A DNA stretch of 32,000 nt from Promethearchaeum syntrophicum (GTDB lineage: Archaea > Asgardarchaeota > Lokiarchaeia > Sigyniarchaeales > Promethearchaeaceae), in NCBI RefSeq assembly GCF_008000775.2, contig NZ_CP042905.2, positions 1,590,001-1,622,000 on the forward strand. The letters run 5' to 3'. The position numbers and the translations under genes are program-made. A model generated the notes under the pieces. That model saw only the letters and a list, made by a program, of their open reading frames with translations. It searched no databases and was not told the DNA's origin. Below, in pieces: positions 28,079 to 32,000 of this stretch (within the stretch, counting starts at the first letter, position 1; each line of letters starts with the position of its first letter).

Positions 28079-28105
28079 GGAACTTTTGAAAGTTGGAATA
28101 TTACA

Positions 28106-29071
28106 ATGGCAATGAACATAGTACAATTTAATGAGAAATTCAAACAATATATGAATGATGTTCGTATAATAGAAAAAACTCATCCTCGCGAATCCATCGG
28201 GCTCTGGCTTCGAATTTGCCAATTTATTATTAATTTTGCCAAAAGTCCAAATTGTCCAATAAATTTAAGGAAGAAATTAATATTTCAAGCTGAAAATATT
28301 ATTCAAAAAGTGAGATCTTTTAGTGATGGAGAAATTTCTTCTGTATTTGACTCTAAAACTATACATAAACAATCTACAACTACTGAAAATGAACAGAAAT
28401 CAAATGTTCCCTTTGCAGTTGGCGGACTTCCCTCAGAATCAGAAAAAACTTCTGACGACGATATGCTAAATCAGTTAATGTCTTTACCTGAGACTCCTGA
28501 AGATATTATTGAAGAAATAACGACGACAGAATCTCCAGGCAGTTCTGCAGCAGCTCCACCATCTGAACATCCAAGTGCTCCTTCATCTCAAGACGCAGAC
28601 AGTAGTAATCAAGAAGATTTATCAAAACTTCAAAAACTTGAAGAAACTTTAAAGCAAATGCCTAAAAGCTTTAAAGAAATAAAGCCGCTGCCTTTTTCGA
28701 GTACTAGCATAATCCCCGAATTAAGACCTGATAATTCCCAATTAAATTTAAATGATTATAAAAAAGATACTCAGACGTTAGATATCACATCTTCTGTTCC
28801 TGAAGTTAGTGAAAATCCACCCGACCTAAGCCAACCCTCAAAAATTCCCTTTGAAAAAGGAAAAAATATTAATATAGCAAGGTATGATTCGGATCCCTTC
28901 AAAACCCCTAAACAACAAGAATCTAATGTTAAGGATCCTTTCGGACCAAAAGCTGCCACTGATAGTAGTGATTTAAAGTTATCAAAAAAAATTTGTTTTG
29001 CATGTGGTGCTAGCTTAGAAGAAGGAGTTTTTATCTGTGCTGAATGCGGTGCTGACAATAAGAATTTATAA
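28106..29071 (+). CDS. Helical-module protein with long disordered linker and C-terminal zinc ribbon
   Basis: 321 aa. N-terminal NEKFKQYMNDVRIIEKTHPRESIGLWLRICQFIINFAKSPNCPINLRKKLIFQAENIIQKVRSF; Ser/Pro/Thr/Glu-rich linker; C-terminal ICFACGASLEEGVFICAECGADN. Confidence 0.68.
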   Translation: MAMNIVQFNEKFKQYMNDVRIIEKTHPRESIGLWLRICQFIINFAKSPNCPINLRKKLIFQAENIIQKVRSFSDGEISSVFDSKTIHKQSTTTENEQKSNVPFAVGGLPSESEKTSDDDMLNQLMSLPETPEDIIEEITTTESPGSSAAAPPSEHPSAPSSQDADSSNQEDLSKLQKLEETLKQMPKSFKEIKPLPFSSTSIIPELRPDNSQLNLNDYKKDTQTLDITSSVPEVSENPPDLSQPSKIPFEKGKNINIARYDSDPFKTPKQQESNVKDPFGPKAATDSSDLKLSKKICFACGASLEEGVFICAECGADNKNL

Positions 29072-29114
29072 AAATATCCATAATTTTATTATTTGATGAA
29101 AATTTCCAATAATC

Positions 29115-30074
29115 ATGGGTAATAACCAGAAAGTTCTCGTAACTGGAGGGGCTGGTTTTATTGGGAGTCATTTAGTTGACGCCTTAATTAACAATGGCCA
29201 TTTTGTTATTGTTCTTGATAACCTAATTGAAGGTCATTTGGAAAATATTCAAAATCATATTGATAGTGGAAAATGTCAATTCAAAAAAGAAGATATTCTA
29301 AATCTGGAATTTTTACTTGAGAAATTACCTAAAGTTGATGTTATTTATCATTTCGCAGCTGATCCGGATGTTCGATTAAGCGTTCCCAATCCATTAAATT
29401 CTTTTAAACAAAATGTACAAGGCACTTTGAATGTTTTGGAATATGCAAGGAAATATAAGATTAACAAATTCATTTTTGCATCATCAGGTGGAACTGTATA
29501 TGGTGATGTAAATTCATTTCCTATGACTGAAAAATTGGTTCTAAATCCAATTAGTCCGTATGGAGCATCCAAGGTTGCAGGGGAAATGTATCTTGCGGCC
29601 TATGCATCTTCTTACCATATTAAATCTGCTTCAGTAAGGTTTGCAAATATTTTTGGTGAAAGATCTCTGCATGGAGTTGGTTATGATTTTTTTAATCATT
29701 TGAATGAAAATCCAACAATACTAAAGATATTAGGCGATGGAACACAGAAGAAGTCATATTTACACGTTTCTGATGCGATCAATGGGGTTCTATTGGTTTC
29801 TGAGAACCTGAATAATCAAGAAAGCTGGTACGATTTCTTTAATCTTGGGTCAGAGGATTGGTTTACTGTTAATGAAATTGCAAATATTTATGAAAAAGAG
29901 CTAAATCTTTTCAATGTGAAGCATTCTTATTCTGGTGGCTCGAAAGGATGGGTTGGTGATGTAGCACAAATGATGCTTTCTATCGATAAAGTGAAAAAAA
30001 TAGGATTTTTACCGAAAGTATCATTTGTAGAAGGCGTCCATCGCTATTGCGAATGGTTAAAGAATAATGCATAA
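29115..30074 (+). CDS. NAD-dependent epimerase/dehydratase (UDP-glucose 4-epimerase-like)
   Basis: 319 aa. VLVTGGAGFIGSHLVDAL, VIYHFAADPDVRLS, FASSGGTVYG, PYGASKVAGEM (YxxxK), GDGTQKKSYLHVSDAINGV. Confidence 0.85.
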   Translation: MGNNQKVLVTGGAGFIGSHLVDALINNGHFVIVLDNLIEGHLENIQNHIDSGKCQFKKEDILNLEFLLEKLPKVDVIYHFAADPDVRLSVPNPLNSFKQNVQGTLNVLEYARKYKINKFIFASSGGTVYGDVNSFPMTEKLVLNPISPYGASKVAGEMYLAAYASSYHIKSASVRFANIFGERSLHGVGYDFFNHLNENPTILKILGDGTQKKSYLHVSDAINGVLLVSENLNNQESWYDFFNLGSEDWFTVNEIANIYEKELNLFNVKHSYSGGSKGWVGDVAQMMLSIDKVKKIGFLPKVSFVEGVHRYCEWLKNNA

Positions 30075-30089
30075 AAAAAACTATTTTAT

Positions 30090-30344
30090 TTATTCAGGAA
30101 TTCGATATTTCTTAGTTGCTTCATCATAAATATAGATTCCATTGTGAATACCTCTTTCTATTATTTTTAATGTCTTGCTTTTATATCTTGGAATCCCTTT
30201 GCTATTTAAATCCGAAGAACCGCATAATTCTTCCCCAAATCGCTCAAAAATTGCTGTATATATCTGTTCTATGTTTTTCCCAAACCCTAAAAATTCAAAT
30301 AAAAAACCCTCGATCAAATTTGACCTAAGTTTGCATTCACCCAT
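30090..30344 (-). CDS. Hypothetical small protein
   Basis: 84 aa soluble ORF in an otherwise empty gap. Two overlapping plus-strand ORFs are more hydrophobic or low complexity. Confidence 0.35.
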   Translation of the reverse strand: MGECKLRSNLIEGFLFEFLGFGKNIEQIYTAIFERFGEELCGSSDLNSKGIPRYKSKTLKIIERGIHNGIYIYDEATKKYRIPE

Positions 30345-30454
30345 CTCATTTAAAATTTGGATTTGGAAAATTTAAAACTTGAGTTTTTAATAGAAAATTA
30401 AAAAGTTCGTAAAAATAGAGAAAAAAATAATGAATTTATTAATTCTTATCTAAG

Positions 30455-31771
30455 TTAATTGAATATTTCAATTCCATCTTCGGTTACAATAAAGGTTTTT
30501 TCAAATTGACTGACATAAGCACCTTTTTGCTCTCTTAATTCATAATGCTTATGCAATTTGCCCGCAGTAGTTAGTTCTCGTAAAGCCATTTTTCCAGTGC
30601 GAAATTCTTTCAATAATTCACGTGTGGAAAACGGAAGAGTTTTCTTTATGTTTGCGATCCACCCAATTACTTGGCGAGTTATTTTCATACGGATTGGAAC
30701 ACGCTCAGAATTTAAATCATATTCATAGATATTGCAATTTGTTCCATTGTGAATATTTCCTAGCCCAGTAGATGCAAAACATTCTAACGCAAATACATCC
30801 CCTTCTTCGAAAACATCTCCGCTGGAAATTCCTACACTAGGGATGGATTTAAAGCCATGTACTTGCCATTTCTCTAAAGAATGTCCGCGTAAATCTTTGA
30901 TTGGATTATACCCAAAACCTCTGATTATTTTGGCAGTCGTCTTTCCCACTTCAATTGTTTTAACTCCGGGTTTAATTATAGATAATCCTTTCATAACTGC
31001 GGTTTCTACAGCAGTAACTAAATTTGCTGTGGCTGGATCTTGATTAAAGGAAACAGAAAATGCGCCATCTGCAACGTATCCCTCCACTGATACTCCAATA
31101 TCAACTTTTACCACATCTCCTTCTTTTATAACTGATTCATCATTTGGAGGGCTTGAGTAATGAGCTGCAATTTCATTGATACAAACATTCGTTGGGAATC
31201 CGATTTCCCCCCCAAGTTCTATAAGTTTACTTTCAGTTTGTTCACAAATATCAAGTAACTTTGCCCCGATCTTGACTTTTGGTTTAATAAATTTTATTAC
31301 CTGTTTATGGATTTCCCCCGCTTTTTTAAACGAATCATAACGCAATTTTTTTTCTTTTTCTTCTTCTTCTTTTTGGGTTTTTTCTTCTTCAGTTAATTCC
31401 TTTTCTGCCTTTTCTTCCTTCTCTTCTTTCTTTACTTTTTTAGTTTGATTTTTAGGTTTTTGAACCTGTTTTTTAGAAGAGGTTTTACTTACTCCTTTCT
31501 TAACTACAGCTTTTGAAGTTTTCGCTGTTGATGGCTTTTTAACTACGCTTTTTGTAGTTTTTTTAGTTGAAGTTTTTTTTGAAATTTTTTTTGTAGTTTT
31601 TTTGGAAGTTTTCTTCTTGACAGACTCTTTAATTACTTTTTTAGTTGAACTCTTTGCTGGTTTTTTAACATCTTTCTTAGAAAGCTTCTTTGTTGTCTTC
31701 TTAGTAGTCTTTTTTTTTGTAGACTTCTTTACTGCTTTACTCGATTTTTTAGGAGGAGTCATTATTTTCAT
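30455..31771 (-). CDS. map: Methionine aminopeptidase type II with Lys-rich N-terminal extension
   Basis: Catalytic region FPTNVCINEIAAHYSSPPNDESVIKEGDVVKVDIGVSVEGYVADGAFSV...LRGHSLEKWQVHGFKSIP...EEGDVFALECFASTG. Preceded by about 110 aa of KKxTKK/SKK repeats and a short acidic KEEKEEKAEKELTEEEK stretch. The ORF track start 31900 is upstream; ATGs at 31771 or 31762 are more plausible. Confidence 0.88.
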   Translation of the reverse strand: MKIMTPPKKSSKAVKKSTKKKTTKKTTKKLSKKDVKKPAKSSTKKVIKESVKKKTSKKTTKKISKKTSTKKTTKSVVKKPSTAKTSKAVVKKGVSKTSSKKQVQKPKNQTKKVKKEEKEEKAEKELTEEEKTQKEEEEKEKKLRYDSFKKAGEIHKQVIKFIKPKVKIGAKLLDICEQTESKLIELGGEIGFPTNVCINEIAAHYSSPPNDESVIKEGDVVKVDIGVSVEGYVADGAFSVSFNQDPATANLVTAVETAVMKGLSIIKPGVKTIEVGKTTAKIIRGFGYNPIKDLRGHSLEKWQVHGFKSIPSVGISSGDVFEEGDVFALECFASTGLGNIHNGTNCNIYEYDLNSERVPIRMKITRQVIGWIANIKKTLPFSTRELLKEFRTGKMALRELTTAGKLHKHYELREQKGAYVSQFEKTFIVTEDGIEIFN

Positions 31772-31874
31772 TATTTTTAAAGAACGATAAGATTTTAAAT
31801 TTCGCACAAAAGTAATAAACAAAATTAATAAACAGAACAATACAAAATATAAATTAATTATTAATTTTGGATAG

Positions 31875-32000
<126 letters not shown>

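Noticed and set aside
28771-29058. Minus-strand ORF of 95 aa
   Set aside because: Antisense to the linker and zinc-ribbon region of the 28106 protein.
30116-30375. Plus-strand ORFs 30116..30328 and 30175..30375
   Set aside because: Overlap the 84-aa minus-strand ORF; no motif support.

Overview
AT-rich, gene-dense archaeal chromosomal segment. It carries many eukaryote-signature genes, which points to an Asgard (Promethearchaeota) origin; this is inferred from gene content only. Supported features include: two adjacent paralogous PEP-synthase/PPDK ATP-grasp-like proteins (one with two N-terminal receiver-like domains); a eukaryote-like E1/ThiF ubiquitin-activating enzyme homologue; a Rab/Ras-like small GTPase; a type-ISP-like solitary DNA methyltransferase; ribosomal protein eS30; a tRNA that reads as Gln(TTG); a Trm112-like protein; a ribophorin I (OST1)-like membrane protein divergent from Sec61-beta; an acetolactate-synthase-like TPP enzyme, a divergent IlvD/Edd dehydratase, a Gfo/Idh/MocA oxidoreductase and a GPH transporter; a YhhN/TMEM86-like protein; a kelch-repeat membrane protein; an O-methyltransferase; a HAD hydrolase; a MazG-like protein; a very PP1/PP2A-like PPP phosphatase next to two helical/zinc-ribbon proteins; a GalE-like epimerase; a MetAP2 with a Lys-rich N-terminal extension; and, at the right edge, the start of a probable Roadblock/LC7 protein. 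The best candidates for something undescribed are (1) the PPP phosphatase plus two helical-module/zinc-ribbon proteins at 25.6-29.1 kb, (2) the twin dikinase-like proteins at 0-4.2 kb, and (3) the OST1-like/Sec61-beta divergent pair. No CRISPR array, transposon or classical defence island was seen.
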